From positions 1,438,335 through 1,502,334 of the forward strand of contig MU057521.1 in assembly GCA_013265495.1 (NCBI GenBank): DNA of 64,000 nt. The letters run 5' to 3'. The position numbers were made by a program, and so were the translations under genes. Positions 13,991-27,276 of this stretch are shown here, piece after piece. Position 1 is the first letter of the stretch. Each line of letters opens with the position of its first letter. This DNA is from Vicugna vicugna (Eukaryota). Under the pieces are notes generated by a model, which was not told the DNA's origin, did not search any database, and worked only from the letters and a program-made list of their open reading frames with translations.

Positions 13991-15793
13991 AAAATCAAAT
14001 GTAGAACAATCCATGTAAGTAAATACCTACCAATGAAACAAGAGCTTCATGAGAAAAGAATTTAGTGTTGTACAGGAGGAATGATTCATGAGCTAGAAGA
14101 TATTATTATTTTTTCCTGCCATGTATGAGTTTCTAGTATTTGATGGTGAATTTTTATTTCACTATTTCATATACGTTCAAAAATCTGTGTTTCCAAGGCT
14201 TATGTTTTTCATCTTTTCTTATAACACTGTACCTTTTGTGGGTCTTCCATATAAACATAACCTTTTATTTCATCAGTTGGATTTTTGTTTGGGATCTAGA
14301 ATCAGGTAAAGAATATGCAACTGTGTCCTGCACCCTCTAGTAAATATGCCTCAGGCTCCCGGGAGAACACAACAAAATGTCAGGATGCCTGAGAAGGACA
14401 CCTCCCCTCCAGACCTAAAGAGGAAAGAGAAAGGGAAAGCCTGGAAGCCTAGAGAGGTTTCTTCAGGTGTCTTTCAGGAGAGCAACAGAGCACAGTCCCG
14501 TATAGTTTAACAATTCACTGTCCAAGTGAAGTATTTTTAAGAACTAAAACGAAAAGCAAGTCAAATCTACTCAATACACTGTTCCTTCCTAACAGGTCCC
14601 TAAACCCATGGGGAGTCTAAACCCAGGAGCTTAGAACTAGATGTAAACAAATGTTAAAAGCAGTCGTCTGGGGTCTGGGGTCTGGGGGTGGAGCCAGGGA
14701 AGAAACCCAGAAGTGTATTACCTGAGAGAGATCAGAGAACAGACGCTCTCTTCTTACCTTGAAAAGGCATCAGATTGTTACATAACAGGAGTTGTTAACA
14801 GCTCATTGTGAGGGAAATGGAATGAAATGAAGACTAGAAAGAATTTTCTGGAAAGCATTTAAGGCCTCGACTGACTACCCACATCGTCCACCTTCAGGGG
14901 GAAATGTGGAATTCTAGTCACCCCACTGTACCTGAGGGGGTTTCGGCTTGAGAAGGACTCATCGCACGGACTGGTGTTTCAGGCAAGCTGGTGACAATTT
15001 GTTGGGAAAGAGCCAGCAAGTTCACGAATTTTTTAAAGTCATTGTCAGAGGCGATGGGTGAGTCTGAACACAGCAAGCTGTCTGTCCCTCGGGGCCCACA
15101 GCCAGAGTGTTGTTGTGAGTACCTGAGGTGAAAACCCAAAAGTTGTGTTTCCCTGCAACCAAGAGGCCTAAACTGCGGGCTGGAGATTGGGAAGAACACA
15201 GGTGCAGCTGGAGGGCTGCTGGGCCTCAGCGGTGTGGTCAGCCCTGGGGCGCTCTGCAGTCTCACCCCCAAACCCCAGAGGCACTTGCGGGGATGAGGCC
15301 CTGTGAGACAGGAGGACACAAAAGCCAGCGGGCTGTGGGCGGCCTTTGTTCTATGACTGAAACTGGATGCCAAGGCCAGGGGAAGGATGCTGCTGCCTTA
15401 GTACCAGGCCCAGTGGGGCTGGGGTTGGAAGGTGGGGAGGGCAGCAAGTTCAAGCAGCATCCAAGCGGGGGAAACCGCAGGGCAGGGACATTCCCGCAGG
15501 CTGTAGTGACTTCAGGTGGACATTACAGGGAAGCGCCAGGAAGTCCTTCAGTGGGACAGACAGTCCAGGAGACCTGACAGCATCCTTCCTGAGGAGGGAC
15601 TTTCCATAATTGCACACCAGAGAGAGCACAGGCCCTGAGGAGTAGTTGGCAACATTTTCCCACTACACCATCTACTTCTCACTCTTCAGGGGCAGGAAAG
15701 GCCAGGGGGTCCTCTGCTTACGTTCTGGCATCCACAGGATTTTCTCCATCCTGTTTCAATGAGGTGTTTCCACCCCAGCTGTTCAGAACAGTA

Positions 15794-16051
15794 TCCTCAA
15801 AATTTTTTGATTGCCTGCTCAACCAATGAAAAATCTGAGCATGCACCCCAAAGTAAATTTATTTACTTACAAATAAAGCATACACATAAGCTCCTGTGTG
15901 GTATATATATTATAAAGCATACACAAAGATAGAACTGACAAATGATGAGATAAAAAATGTATATAAATAGAAGTTCTATTGTTTCCTTCCAGTACCCCAG
16001 AGGAGTTTCCTGTGCATCCTTTGGGGTACACAGGCCCTCTTGGAAGGTCAC
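15794..16051. mobile_element. hAT-Charlie non-autonomous element (Charlie15-like)
   Basis: Charlie-like ends plus internal gagcatgcacccc, aatagaagttcta, gtaccccag, ggggtacac. The subfamily name is tentative. Confidence 0.5.
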
Positions 16052-16999
16052 AGGAGATGCTGAATTCATCCAGTAGAGACCAGTTGGACAGTCCATTTTC
16101 AAATCACTCTTCTGCCTTCAACACGTGGAATGTCAGGAGCTTTGGTGTTATGGGTTCAATTTTCGTCCAGAAGCATCATGGGAAAGCCACCAATTGCCAA
16201 GGGAGTGAGCATGGTGGGTCTTACTTCAGTGGTATGAGTTGAACACACCCCCATGCCCAGAGGATTAACTGTTTATCACATAAAAATAGGCCACATTCTG
16301 GTCTACAGACAAAAGAGAGAAATGGAAAAATTAGGGTAATAGTTGTGAACTTGCTAGAAAAAATAAGGTGAGTCATTATGTAAAATTTCTCAGGTTCTTC
16401 TTTTTCTTTCCATTACTCCTAAAAGGCACTTTAATGACACTGGTCTCTCTATAAGGTGCTTTATCTGGTCTTCTATAATTAAATTGTGATTATTAGGGAC
16501 AGATAAGAAGGCAGCGTTTCCTCTGGTAGTTATTTTCATAAGTGCTTGCTCAGTTTAAAAATCACTCCGTTTAAAATTACTGTGCCTAGTTTTGGAGTGT
16601 CCCCTTGAATAGAAACGTTGACGTCTTTTGAGACAACCGCAAATCATTATGAAGTCATCCTTGGTTATTAGAATTGAGTTCCGGAGAATCATGCGTAATC
16701 ACACGTGAACTTTGCCAACAATGCCTAGTTCATTATTTCTAAAGTGTAGTGGTATTATAGAATGATTAAATTACTATTAGGCTGTTGCCTCTGATGTTTT
16801 TCTTACAGGCACAATGAATAATGGTTAAGTTCATGGCACTTATATAAGATGGTACCAGAATGTTTTTTTGTGCAATAACATACTTGCTGCTAAATATTCA
16901 GGGAGAAGTTTTCAGAATCAAGAGGCATAATCAAGTTTTTTATAATCATGTACTTTTGAATTTTATACCAAATTAGTTTGATAAATCACAATTTGTTCA

Positions 17000-17118
17000 C
17001 TAGACTGTAAGATCCATGGGGTACTGGTTTTGTTTAGTTCGTTGCTATAACCCTAGCACTTAAAACTGTCCGCATCACAGAGCAGGCACTGAGTGAATAT
17101 TTGTGGAATTAATGAGTA
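17000..17118 (+). mobile_element. L2 3' end
   Basis: ctagactgtaagatccatg...cctagcac...gcaggcactgagtgaatatttgtggaattaatga. Confidence 0.7.
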
Positions 17119-17828
17119 AACTTTTAGAAGACAAAAAGCCAAAATATTACCACTGATACGGAATTATAAATTTGCCTAAAGAACAAAGAAAATCTATTTT
17201 CAGGGAGGGGTGGGGAATGTGAGATCTGCCGCAATTCTAAGAAAAGAGCGAACAACCGAAACACAAGTGTTAACGAGGAGTGAAATTTTTTGTTTTCTTT
17301 CAAACTATGCCCAAGGAAAGCTTAACTGTGGCTTGATTCATAATATATACTTTGGGAAGACTGATGTATTCTTATCCTGTGACCATTTGAAAAAAAAACT
17401 GCTAAAATGGCATCCTACCTAACAGTCTTCGTGAGCTGGGACATCCTGGAAGACAAATCTATCACAGACGAATGTGATTTGCCTCTGAGAGCTGCTGAAC
17501 ACAAGGAAAGGGTATATGACAGCCACTCATTTTACAGATAAACACTGAGCCCTACACTGGGCACTGAGGATATGGAGAAGAAATTGAATTGGTCCACAAA
17601 CCCAAAGATCTCATGACACAGCAAAGAAGGTTGTGAGTGGGGGAAATGCCTGGACTGCAGCTGTGAGGGAAATATGGACAGAATGCAACATAAGCTCCAG
17701 GGAGAGCTGGCTGGCCCTGTCTGGAGGCCCGTGGGACCCATACACACAGGCAGTGGCGCTGACTTGCTGGAGAAGAAGGGGAACCGTTACAGTGGCCACC
17801 TGACGCCCAAGATGCGCACAGGAAAGAC

Positions 17829-18228
17829 TCCATTAGTCTGCTAGGGTTCCCACAACAGAATAGCACAGACTAGGTGGCTTAAACAACAGAAACTTATGAC
17901 TTGCTCACGATCTTGGAGACTGGGACTCCAAGATCAGGGTGCCGACAGGATTGATGTCCTTTGAGACCTCTCTCCTTGACTTGCAGGTGGTCACCCTCTT
18001 GCTGCCTCTTCCTAGGATTGTCCCTGGTGTCTCTCTGTGTGTCATGATCTTCTCTTATAAGGACACTAATCAGGTTGGATTAGGGCCTCCTCTAACTGGC
18101 TCATTTTAACGAAATCATCTCTGTAGAGGCCCTATCTTCGAATACTATCACATTCTGAGGTCCTGGGAGTTAGTTCATATGTTAATTAAACATATGAGTG
18201 TTGGGGGCACACAATTCAACCCATAACT
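17829..18228 (-). mobile_element. MaLR solo LTR (MLT1B-like)
   Basis: gtggcttaaacaacagaaac, tccaagatcagggtgccg, ttataaggacact, ggattagggcc, cacattctgagg, cacaattcaacccataac. Confidence 0.85.
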
Positions 18229-18274
18229 GACTCTAAAGGAGCAGTTGTCAATGTGTGATGACAGAGACACTTTC

Positions 18275-18593
18275 TTTTTTTTTTAACGTTTTTTATTGAT
18301 TTATAATCATTTTACAATGTTGTGTCAAATTCCAGTGTTCAGCACAATCTTTCAGTCATTCATGGACATATACACACTCATTGTCAAATTTTTTTCTCTG
18401 TGAGTTATCATAACATTTTGTGTATATTTCCCTGTGCTATACAGTGTAATCTTGTTTATCTGTTCTACAATTTTGAAATCCCAGTCTATCCCTTCCCACC
18501 CTCCACCCCCCTGGTAACCACAAGTCTGTATTCTCTGTCTGTGAGTCTATTTCTGTCCTGTATTTATGCTTTGTTTTTGTTTGTTTGTTTTTG
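18275..18593 (-). mobile_element. Young 5'-truncated L1 3' end with perfect 16-bp TSD
   Basis: TGACAGAGACACTTTC at 18259-18274 and 18594-18609, poly(T) at the left end, and L1 3'-UTR motifs (ttccctgtgctatacag, ggtaaccacaagtctgtattctctgtctgtgagtc). Confidence 0.88.
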
Positions 18594-18644
18594 TGACAGA
18601 GACACTTTCAAAGTCTCCAAGGTCCTTTCCAGAGGTCTGCAAAG

Positions 18645-18716
18645 TCAAAATAATAATAATAATAATAGTAATAATAATAATAATTATTATTATTATTATT
18701 ACTATTATTATTTTGA
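18645..18716. repeat. Palindromic (TAA)n/(TTA)n microsatellite
   Basis: TCAAAA(TAA)5TAG(TAA)5(TTA)6CTA(TTA)2TTTTGA read directly. Confidence 0.95.
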
Positions 18717-19571
18717 TTAATGTCATTTGCCTGTTGCACTGTGTTGCCATTTGCACAGATGCTGCAAACACAATGGGAGCTAAAACCATTGATGCCTGCT
18801 GAGTCATGGCCGTAGTACCAAGCTGCACTGGTAGTCATGGTGTTCTTCTCTGCCGGCCACAATGGGTTTTTTAAAACAGCCAGTTTTACCGAAGAATGTC
18901 CTTGATGAAGCAACTTAAATTATGAATTAATTAAACTATCAAATTCTTAATTGTATCAAATTATGTCTTCACACTATGTCTTTTGAATATTCTGTGTGAT
19001 GAAATAGAAAGTACACACAAAGCACTTCTACTGTGTATCCAACCACCATGCTTATCTCCAGAAAAAGTACTCGTACCATCACTTGAGTGGTGAGCTGACC
19101 CACAGAACACCTTTTTACCTGAAAGAATAACTGACAGCTGGGGTTGTTCAGACTTGACTGACTGGCAGGCATTTTCTTGAATCATACCAAGGAAAAGCAA
19201 CTGACAGTATTTGTTTCATTGAGCTTTTAAGCAAAAATTAGATTTTTAAAAATCTTGCATGAGGCATCATAGGCTTGACAGCGTCCCAATACTTAAAGAC
19301 TTTTCAGATAAGATTGATGCTGATATTAATGAATGTGGGGTTTGATATTGTGTAATGAAATGGGTCAACATTTGAAAGATGTCCACAACTCAGTGAACCA
19401 ATATTTTCCAAATAGTCGATGCAGGTTGTTACAAAATTATGCAAGAGTATGGACGAAAGATCCATTCAAAGTTCATGATAAACCAAGGAATTAATGCAAC
19501 TGGATAGGGAAATTTCGCTGAAACTGTTTCAGATTCCACACTACAATTAAACTAAGAAACTGCTACTTGTC

Positions 19572-20108
19572 ACTATTTGCAATAGCCAAGGCATGGAAGC
19601 AACCAAAATGTCCACTGACAGATGATTGGATAAAAAAGTTGTGGTATATATATATACAATGGAATATTACCCAGCCACAAACAAGAATGAAATAATGTCA
19701 TTTGAAGCAACATGGGTGGACCTAGAGATTATCATACTAAGTGAAGTAGTATGTCAGACAGAGAAAGACAAATACCATATGATATCACTTATATGTGGAA
19801 TCTTAAAAAGTGACACAGGTGAACTTATTTACAAAATAGAAACTGAATCACAGACATAGAAAACAAGCTTATGGTTACCAGAGGGGAAAGAGGGGAAGGG
19901 ATAAATTAGGAGTTTGGGATTAGCAGATATAACAACTATGTACAAAATTGATAAACAACAATGCCCTCCTGCATCTCACAGAGAACTATATTCAATAGCT
20001 TGTAATGGCCTATAATGAAAAAGAATATATATAAATATGTATAACTGAATCACTAACCTGTATGCCAAAAACATAACACAACATTGTACATCAACTATAA
20101 AAAAAAAA
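19572..20108 (+). mobile_element. 5'-truncated L1 3' end with TSD
   Basis: ORF2 tail (YTMEYY...NEIMSFEATWVDLEIIILSE...KDKYHMISLICG), 3' UTR and poly(A). TSD AAACTGCTACTTGTC at 19557-19571 and 20109-20123. Confidence 0.92.
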
Positions 20109-21100
20109 AAACTGCTACTTGTCTACTTTTGGTGAGGTTTCAAAAAGGAGTACCTACTATTATATGAAAAGGCTATGAAAATTCTCTTCTCTTTTCCAAA
20201 CACATATCTGTATGAGGCCAGATTTTTTTTTCACATACTTAAACTAAAACAACATATCACAACAGAGTAAATGCAGAAGTAGACGTGAGAATCCAGCTTT
20301 TTGGTATTAAAGAGATATTAAGCTTGATGTTAAAGAGGTTTGCAAAAATGGAAAACAAGGCCACTTTCTCACTAAATGTTTTTGGTTTGGAAAGCTATAG
20401 CTGTTCTTCACAGAAATATGTCATTTATGTTAACATAGAATGAATTTATTATTGTTTTGAAGTGATTTAGTAAGTATTAAAATTTTACAATAGAGTGAAT
20501 GACTGTTAAGCTGTAACTCACATAAACCAAAGCCCTTTGGAGTTCCAGTCATTTTAAGAGTAGAAAGAGGTCTTAAGACCAAAAGATACGAAGACCACTG
20601 CCATAAAGATACAACTTCTGCCAACAAGGCATGCGTGGAAGTGATAACAGAAGACGAACGGAAATTGCAGTAGCTGTAATTGAGCAAAGCTGCCCACTGC
20701 GATGGGCCCCAGGAGCTGTCCCGTCTGCCGCACCTTGCTGCGTGGGCCTGCTCAGATGTGTTTGCACAGTTTTAAAGCAACGACAGTCTTAATATATAGA
20801 CTCAATAGAGTGTATTGCAAAGCCTAGGAACACTTTTCATTACTGGCACCAAGAGGACAATAGTAAGTGATCCTGAACATGCGTGCCAAGCAGGCAGGAG
20901 ACCAGGTGTTTCCTGGTTACTGAAGTCCCCTGTCCCCATGACAATGCCTGCCTAGGTTTTCTCAAATAGACATTAGTTGAATAAACAAGTGAGCAAGTAT
21001 CACGCTAACTTTTATACAATATGATTAACGATTAACCATCCAGTATTTATTATGTGGCTCTTACGTGATCAACACTGGGCTGGAAACTATAAAACACATG

Positions 21101-21446
21101 TGTCACTGACGAAATGTTTGTGTCCCCCTAAAATTCAAATGTTGAAGCCTAGTCCCTGATGTGATGGTATCAGGAGGAGACCTGTGGGAAGTGATCCTGC
21201 CCTCATGAATTAGATTAGTGCTCTGATGAGAGAGACCCCGGAGGGTTCCCTTCCACCTTCTGTCTCGTGAGGACGCAATGAAATGTCTGTCTGTGAACCA
21301 GGAAGTGGACTGTCAACAAACACTGAATCTGCTGGTGCCATGAACTTGGACTTCCCACCTTTCAGAACTGTGAGAAAGAAATTTCTGTTGTTGATAAGCC
21401 ACCCAGTCAATGGTATTTTTGTCACAGCAGCTTAGCTATAATGAGA
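21101..21446 (+). mobile_element. MaLR solo LTR (MLT1A-like)
   Basis: aatgtttgtgtccccctaaaattca, gccctcatgaat, gaatctgctggtgcc, cagaactgtgagaaagaaatttctgttg. Confidence 0.85.
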
Positions 21447-22277
21447 TGATTGCACCTCGTTTAGCAACTGGTTATAATTCATAATAAAGCTTCAACTTTT
21501 TTTTTCGGTTTAATACCACAAAAATATATTCACTTTACTGTGTTCTTCCTCCTTTTTCACTTTTCTCTGAATTTGCTTCCTATTCTTTGACGTACAGTAA
21601 TATCTATATCACTAAGAAAGGCCGTGGGACAGTTATACGTCAGTAAGATGAAGAATTAAGATAAATCCCCATTTAGTTTAAAGGAGAACACTTGCATGAA
21701 TGTTTTATGAAGGCGTCTGAGGAGGGCAGAGGGGTGGCTCTTCCGAATGGTGACCTTAGTTCTCCATTCACTTAGTTCCTCAATGCTGTTACCTGCTTTG
21801 GAAATAACAAGAGGATATTTAAGGGAAAATAAAGAAACAAAAAACCTTTCTTTATAACTAACATTACTAAAGCAGCATTGCACAACTGATAAAAGGAGGC
21901 TCTTTTGAATAAAAATAAGACTTTCCATGCAGATTGCACTTTTCATTCTAATGTTGACAGTATGCATCACACAGATCATTGCTTTGGATTTTGTAACTCT
22001 TATAAATCCTGTTTTGGACACAAATAAATCTGTGGAATGTCCAGAGGGTAATGCGACTACTGGAGATTAGGAAGGCCGTTTGGTAAAGAAATTTTTTAAA
22101 TCTATGAAAAATACTCTACTGTCAGGCATCCTGGTTTCCTGGGTTTATTTCCGTCCTCTTCTCTCAGTACAGGATCCAACCTAGATTGCAGTGATGGTTT
22201 CGTTTATACACAGTGTCTCGGTAAACATGTAGTATTTACCTTGTAACGTACACGAGAATGAGAAGTTTGATCTTGAT

Positions 22278-22491
22278 CTGTACTGTCCAATATAGTAGCT
22301 ACCACTCATATGTGGTTATTCAAATTTGAATGTAAATTAATTAGAATTAAATAAAATTTAAAATTCCAATCCTCGTTCCCAAACAGCCACATTTTAAGTG
22401 CTCGATACATCATATGGTTAATGGCTACCAAATTGGAGAACGCAGATATAGAATATTTCATGTGTCACAGAAACTTCCATTGAACAGTGAT
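22278..22491. mobile_element. MER3-like hAT-Charlie MITE
   Basis: ctgtactgtccaatatagtagc...tggctaccaaattggagaacgcagatatagaatatttc...attgaacagtg. Confidence 0.75.
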
Positions 22492-25345
22492 TCTCTAGAA
22501 CACAATCTGTAGTTCTCATTTTTTTTCATGTGTGGCTGTATGAAGATCATACCTGATTTTTAAAGAATGTTAGTCATTTGAAAAATTAATTACCTAAAAG
22601 AACAATGAGTTTTATTTTGGAATTGTTTACAAATTCACGTTTTTAAAGTAATTTAAATGAACACAGCAAAGGCACGTATTTGCAAAGCAGCTTTCAAGTT
22701 GCTTATTTTACTCTGCCAAGATTCATTTATTCATTCAAAAGATATTTACTGAGTGCCTTCTGTGTGCCAGGTATTCTGGGCTCTGAAACAAAACAAATAA
22801 AATTCCTGGCCTCATGGAGCTTACGGTGTACCCTGTGGGATCAGAGGCAAATATTATTTCTGTTTCCAGGTCCAGATACAAGTATCTGTAAATGTTTTAT
22901 GTGCCAAAGCAGGGAATGGAATGAGACGATTTTAATTCTTATGTTGTTGCTCTTTAAGTCACAGAAAGAGGCAGATACTAAGAATATAACTTCTGGTTTT
23001 AAAAGACATTCTTGTCATCAAAAACAAAAAAAGCCTTGCAAAAAAATTTTTTAAATATTAGTTCTGAAAACCACATCTGCCTGACAAAGTGTGCAAAGAG
23101 CTTATGCACATTTTCCAGTGTCACCATCTTCCTTCATGGAATCAGAGTATTGGCAGCTGGAAGTGGTTTCAGCCTCTTCTGTTCCAGCTTTCCTCCCATA
23201 ACATCCAGCCAGGTAACTGTTTCAGCCCTAGCTTGGCACCTTGCATAGTAGAATGCTCACCAGAACAGCAAGGGCACATTTTCATCAGTCCTAACTTTAT
23301 TATTATTACTCCTACTGTAGTATTACATATCCATAGTTAGAAGTTTAGAAATAACAGATAAAAATAAAAATGCTAAATTTAATAGCTGCGTAATATTACA
23401 TGCAGTGACTATATTCAGTGATTTATTTGAGCCCTGATTGTTGAAAATTTAAGTTATTCTAAATGTTTCACTATTATAACCAATACTGTGTTGTACATCC
23501 TTGAGCATACATCTTTGTGAAGCTGATTAAATTTCAGCAGTCAAAATCTAGAAGTAAAATTCCTGGGTCAAATGTTCTGCACATATTTAAGACTTTACAT
23601 ACATATTACCAGATTCTGTCCCAGAAAAACTGAACATCTACCCTTATTCCAGCAGTTATGAGAATGCCCCTTTCCCCAAGACTTACCCATGATTCTCTTC
23701 TTGGGAGTACCTTACCTTTTCTCTGTGTTTCACTCACTGGTACCCAGTTTGCCCCTGGGATAGCCTTTCTAGTGTTTCAACAAAACTGCCATGTCCCAGG
23801 CATGTCTCCTCCTTTTTAGAACTCACCTCCCTCCAGTATGGAGTAATAAATTATTGTCAGCCTGGCACCTGGAGGATCAGTGGTTCTGCCCATAATCTTT
23901 TACTGCTCAACATTCTAATAGATGACTTGAAGGAGGCGATAAAAAGCATGCTTGCAAGTTCTGCTCAACATTTACTTAGTGTCTACCAGATGCCAGGCGT
24001 GGTGCCTTGTTCTTAGGATGCAAATACAAGCGAGCTCTCTTTCCTGCCGTGGAGGAGCTCTAGGTACTATCAGAGCGAGAAGAGTGTGATGGGGCTGGAT
24101 TTGGTGATTTCCATCACGGCTCATGTAGAAAATGGTACTATTTTAGGCAGAGGGCACCAGCCACCCGATCCCTTTCGCAGGCTCCAGCACACTGACGGGG
24201 AGACTGCCCTATTCAACAGACGTTTACTGAGCACTGTCTGTGTGTCAGGCCCTATTGTCCTGCTAGAGATGGTTTTTTAAAGCATGATGTCCTTTCCCCC
24301 AGTACAGTCGCAGCAGAAACATGTTTCCGGTACACTCGGACCCAAGAGTCCCCTAGTTTAACTGTGCCTTTCCTTGCTCGGTTATTTATTTTCTCTGACA
24401 ATTTCCCAAGAGAAATTTTGTCTGGCTAATATAAAACCAAATGTATTTTGTAGAGTTCTAGGACCCAAACACATTAACCTTAAAGGGAGATAAACTGTTT
24501 CCAATCCTTTTGGGAGGGGAAGGAGGCAGTGCATAAATACCTAAGATGGTAATCCACTGTGAAGTATGAATTAGTCTGGACTAGAAAAAGAAATGCTCAC
24601 AACTCTAAAACATCCAGCACTTGGTGACTGACCGACGATTCCGTTACTAATATTAAACATCCAGAGACTTCTCAACTGTACTCTGAGATCAGCTCACCCC
24701 TATGTCCTATTTCCTTCTGTACCGTGACAGCTAGGTCTCAGATCTGCATCTTCCTCAGAGAATGGGGTTGCTGTACGGACCAGGAAACCCTCATGTCTGA
24801 CAGGACTTGACACAGGAAACAGCTCTCTGATGTGGGCCGCCTGTTCCGATGTTCTGGCTGGACCAGAAGGACCTAGAAAAGGTTACTGTACTTTGAACTC
24901 TTGGGTGTTGGATGCCAAATTCAATGACCCTTCTTTCCAGGGGAGTACAGTCAGCTTGTGATTTGAAGAGTGAAATCGTGAAGCATCCCTTGTTCCATTT
25001 CCGGTTTAGATGTTTTACTCTTTGCATTTGATGCCTGACATTTTGTTGGATGTCACAATCATTCGTGGTTGATTGGAACAGAACAGTTGATCTTTGTCTC
25101 TGGTGTGTTTTAGGAACCTTGTCCCACACACTGGAGGTCAGGGAGTGTGTCAAAGGCTGGCTCTGCCTTCTTCTCACTTTCCTTTCCAGAATCTCACGGC
25201 TAAAAGGGAAAGAAACTGGGTGCCTGGCTTCCCTTCCCCCACTGGTCCTGGCCATGAGTGGTTACCAGCACTCCGAGACTTCATTTTCCTAATCAACTTT
25301 TCATGGTCTCCACAAACAGCCACCCTGGGGGCTACCCTAGAGCCT

Positions 25346-25350
25346 ACACA

Positions 25351-25384
<34 letters not shown>

Positions 25385-25389
25385 CACAC
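25346..25389 (+). repeat. (CA)n microsatellite, imperfect
   Basis: acacacac run with interruptions. Confidence 0.9.
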
Positions 25390-27158
25390 TCTCCTTTTTT
25401 AATTAAAAATTTTATTGAGATAACTGTAGATTCAAATGCAGTTGTAAGACATAATACAGAACTTGGACATGTTGGCTGGATGGCTGGAGTGTCCACCCAC
25501 ATACCCGAAAGGTCCTCCCTGGAGTGAGACGAGAAGAGGGATAGGGTAGCCCCGGCAGAGGCAGGGAATTCTAAATTGGAACGTGCTTTCTGTGTCATTG
25601 TGATGTTACGTTTGTCAAGGAAGGAGGATATGAACTCCATTGAACAGTTTGTTAGCTTGACTTACTAGCTGATTTCTAGATGTGTGGCAGGCGGGCCTCC
25701 CTTTGTACCTTCGCCCCGCACCCCTAGAATAGGTTAGAGGTGAACCTAGGGCTGCACAGGGGTTTATTCCTAAGTTAATTACCCCTAGAGAGTCTGAAGT
25801 CTCTGAAACCTGTCTAGAATGACTGCTAGGTCCCAGAAAACGTCCTCTCCTTCCCTGGGAGAGCCTTCTAATAGTCTGGCAGCCAAAGCAAGGTGTTTGC
25901 TAGGAGTACGGGGGATGGTGTGTGGAAAACTGGGGTTTGGGGAAAGACTCTCTCCGGAAGACTGAAATGAAGAATTCTTGTTCCTTTGAGATAAATGAGG
26001 GATAAATGATCCATCTTCAGTAAATCTATTTCTCTGCTTTGGTGTTTTCTTCTTTGTTCTTGTTCTTTTGGGGTTTCCCTTAGCATCCTAATAAGATTCC
26101 ATATGAAAAATTCCTTTGTGTCTTGGCCAAGCTGAGAAGCTAAAGGAGATGTGCACTTGTGGGCTGGAGTAGGTGGTCATGGGGACTCCAGGAGGCCAGA
26201 GCCCCAGGACGAGGACAGAGCCAGTAGAACCAGGGCAGGGGGAGCCCTGGAAACATTTTTGCGACCTCTGCCACCTTGCCCTTTACAGCAGCTTTGGGAA
26301 AGCGGGGCCTGTCCCTGTCCCACCCCCGTGCTCAGGCCACATGTGTGCTCAATGTTTGTTGAATGAATGAACAAACGTCCTCATCTAGCATGTTATACCA
26401 AGTAAACATATAATACGTTATTGAGTTAAAGAATTATTTTTAAGCATTTTAATGAATTAAGGATTACTAATAATTATGATCAATGATACATATAAGTTAC
26501 CTATAAATATAAATAATATATTAATTATATACATAATATGCATACATGGTAATAAAATATAATTGATAATAAATTACTGTTTAGGTAAAATTTAAATAGT
26601 AAACAATAAATTATTTAGACCATTTCACTGAATTTATTTGAACTAAATTTACTCCTAGGAAGTTTCACCACTTTGTCTAAAGAGAGAGAAAAGCAGATTG
26701 TTACGTTACCAAACTGAAAATTGGAGGATGATTTTCAATAGCTGTGAGCAAATGCATCATCATTTCTTCCTGGTTTAAGCGTGTGGAGCACCATGTTCTG
26801 AATTGTTTGCAGTGTCCTGGATGCATGTGCCCTTCCATAAGGTGTTTACTTGTATTTGTAGAACAAGTTCATCCACCAAGATAAGCACTGTTGTTGCTTC
26901 CAGGATGGGCCTGTCAAGTGAGGCTGCTCAGGTTGTCTCTGTACATTTATTTCAAGTTCTTGCAAAGGCCCCTAGATTGCTATCTCAGCATATGTGTTCG
27001 CAGCATTTATGCTTAATGTGAACAGCTCTACTCTTTTATTAGATTTACCAAGTGCTGTGTATCTGATCTTTGGCCAGAATTTATTGGTACATTACCATGA
27101 CTCAGCGCAATGCAATCTTACACATTCTTATTCACATCAATTAAAAATGGTATGATTC

Positions 27159-27276
27159 ACACTCATGTTTTTTCTTCATGTTTGTGTGAAATTTTCTCTT
27201 ACTAAATGGTAGTTCCAGAGGTCATGGAAGCTTGAGTGACTGCAAAATTTTTGGAGGCCTTACAGTCAGTAAGGCT
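27159..27276 (+). pseudogene. Degenerate U5 snRNA copy (RNU5-like pseudogene)
   Basis: 118 nt colinear with recalled U5: 5' ACACTCATGTTTTTTCTTCA, central TTACTAAA, TGAGT able to pair with the 5' ACTCA, Sm site AATTTTTGG (27246-27254), 3' hairpin GCCTTAC/GTAAGGC, followed by A10. Confidence 0.7.

Larger units (their letters stand above)
18239..20600 (+). mobile_element. hAT DNA transposon fossil (Charlie1a-like) with two nested L1 insertions
   Basis: Ends gagcagttgtcaa...gaagaccactg. The 8-bp flanks CTCTAAAG (18231-18238) and CCATAAAG (20601-20608) match at 6/8. Internal Charlie1 motifs include actcagtgaaccaatattttccaaat and aaagatccattcaaagt. About 1.5 kb remains after removing the inserts. 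Confidence 0.8.

Noticed and set aside
14670..14699. G-quadruplex-like GGGG-TCT-GGGG-TCT-GGGGG...GGG
   Set aside because: A short tandem repeat in intergenic DNA with no supporting context; such motifs are common.
18322..18913. ORFs with poly-N, poly-Y and poly-I runs
   Set aside because: These are translations of the (TAA)n/(TTA)n microsatellite and L1 UTR.
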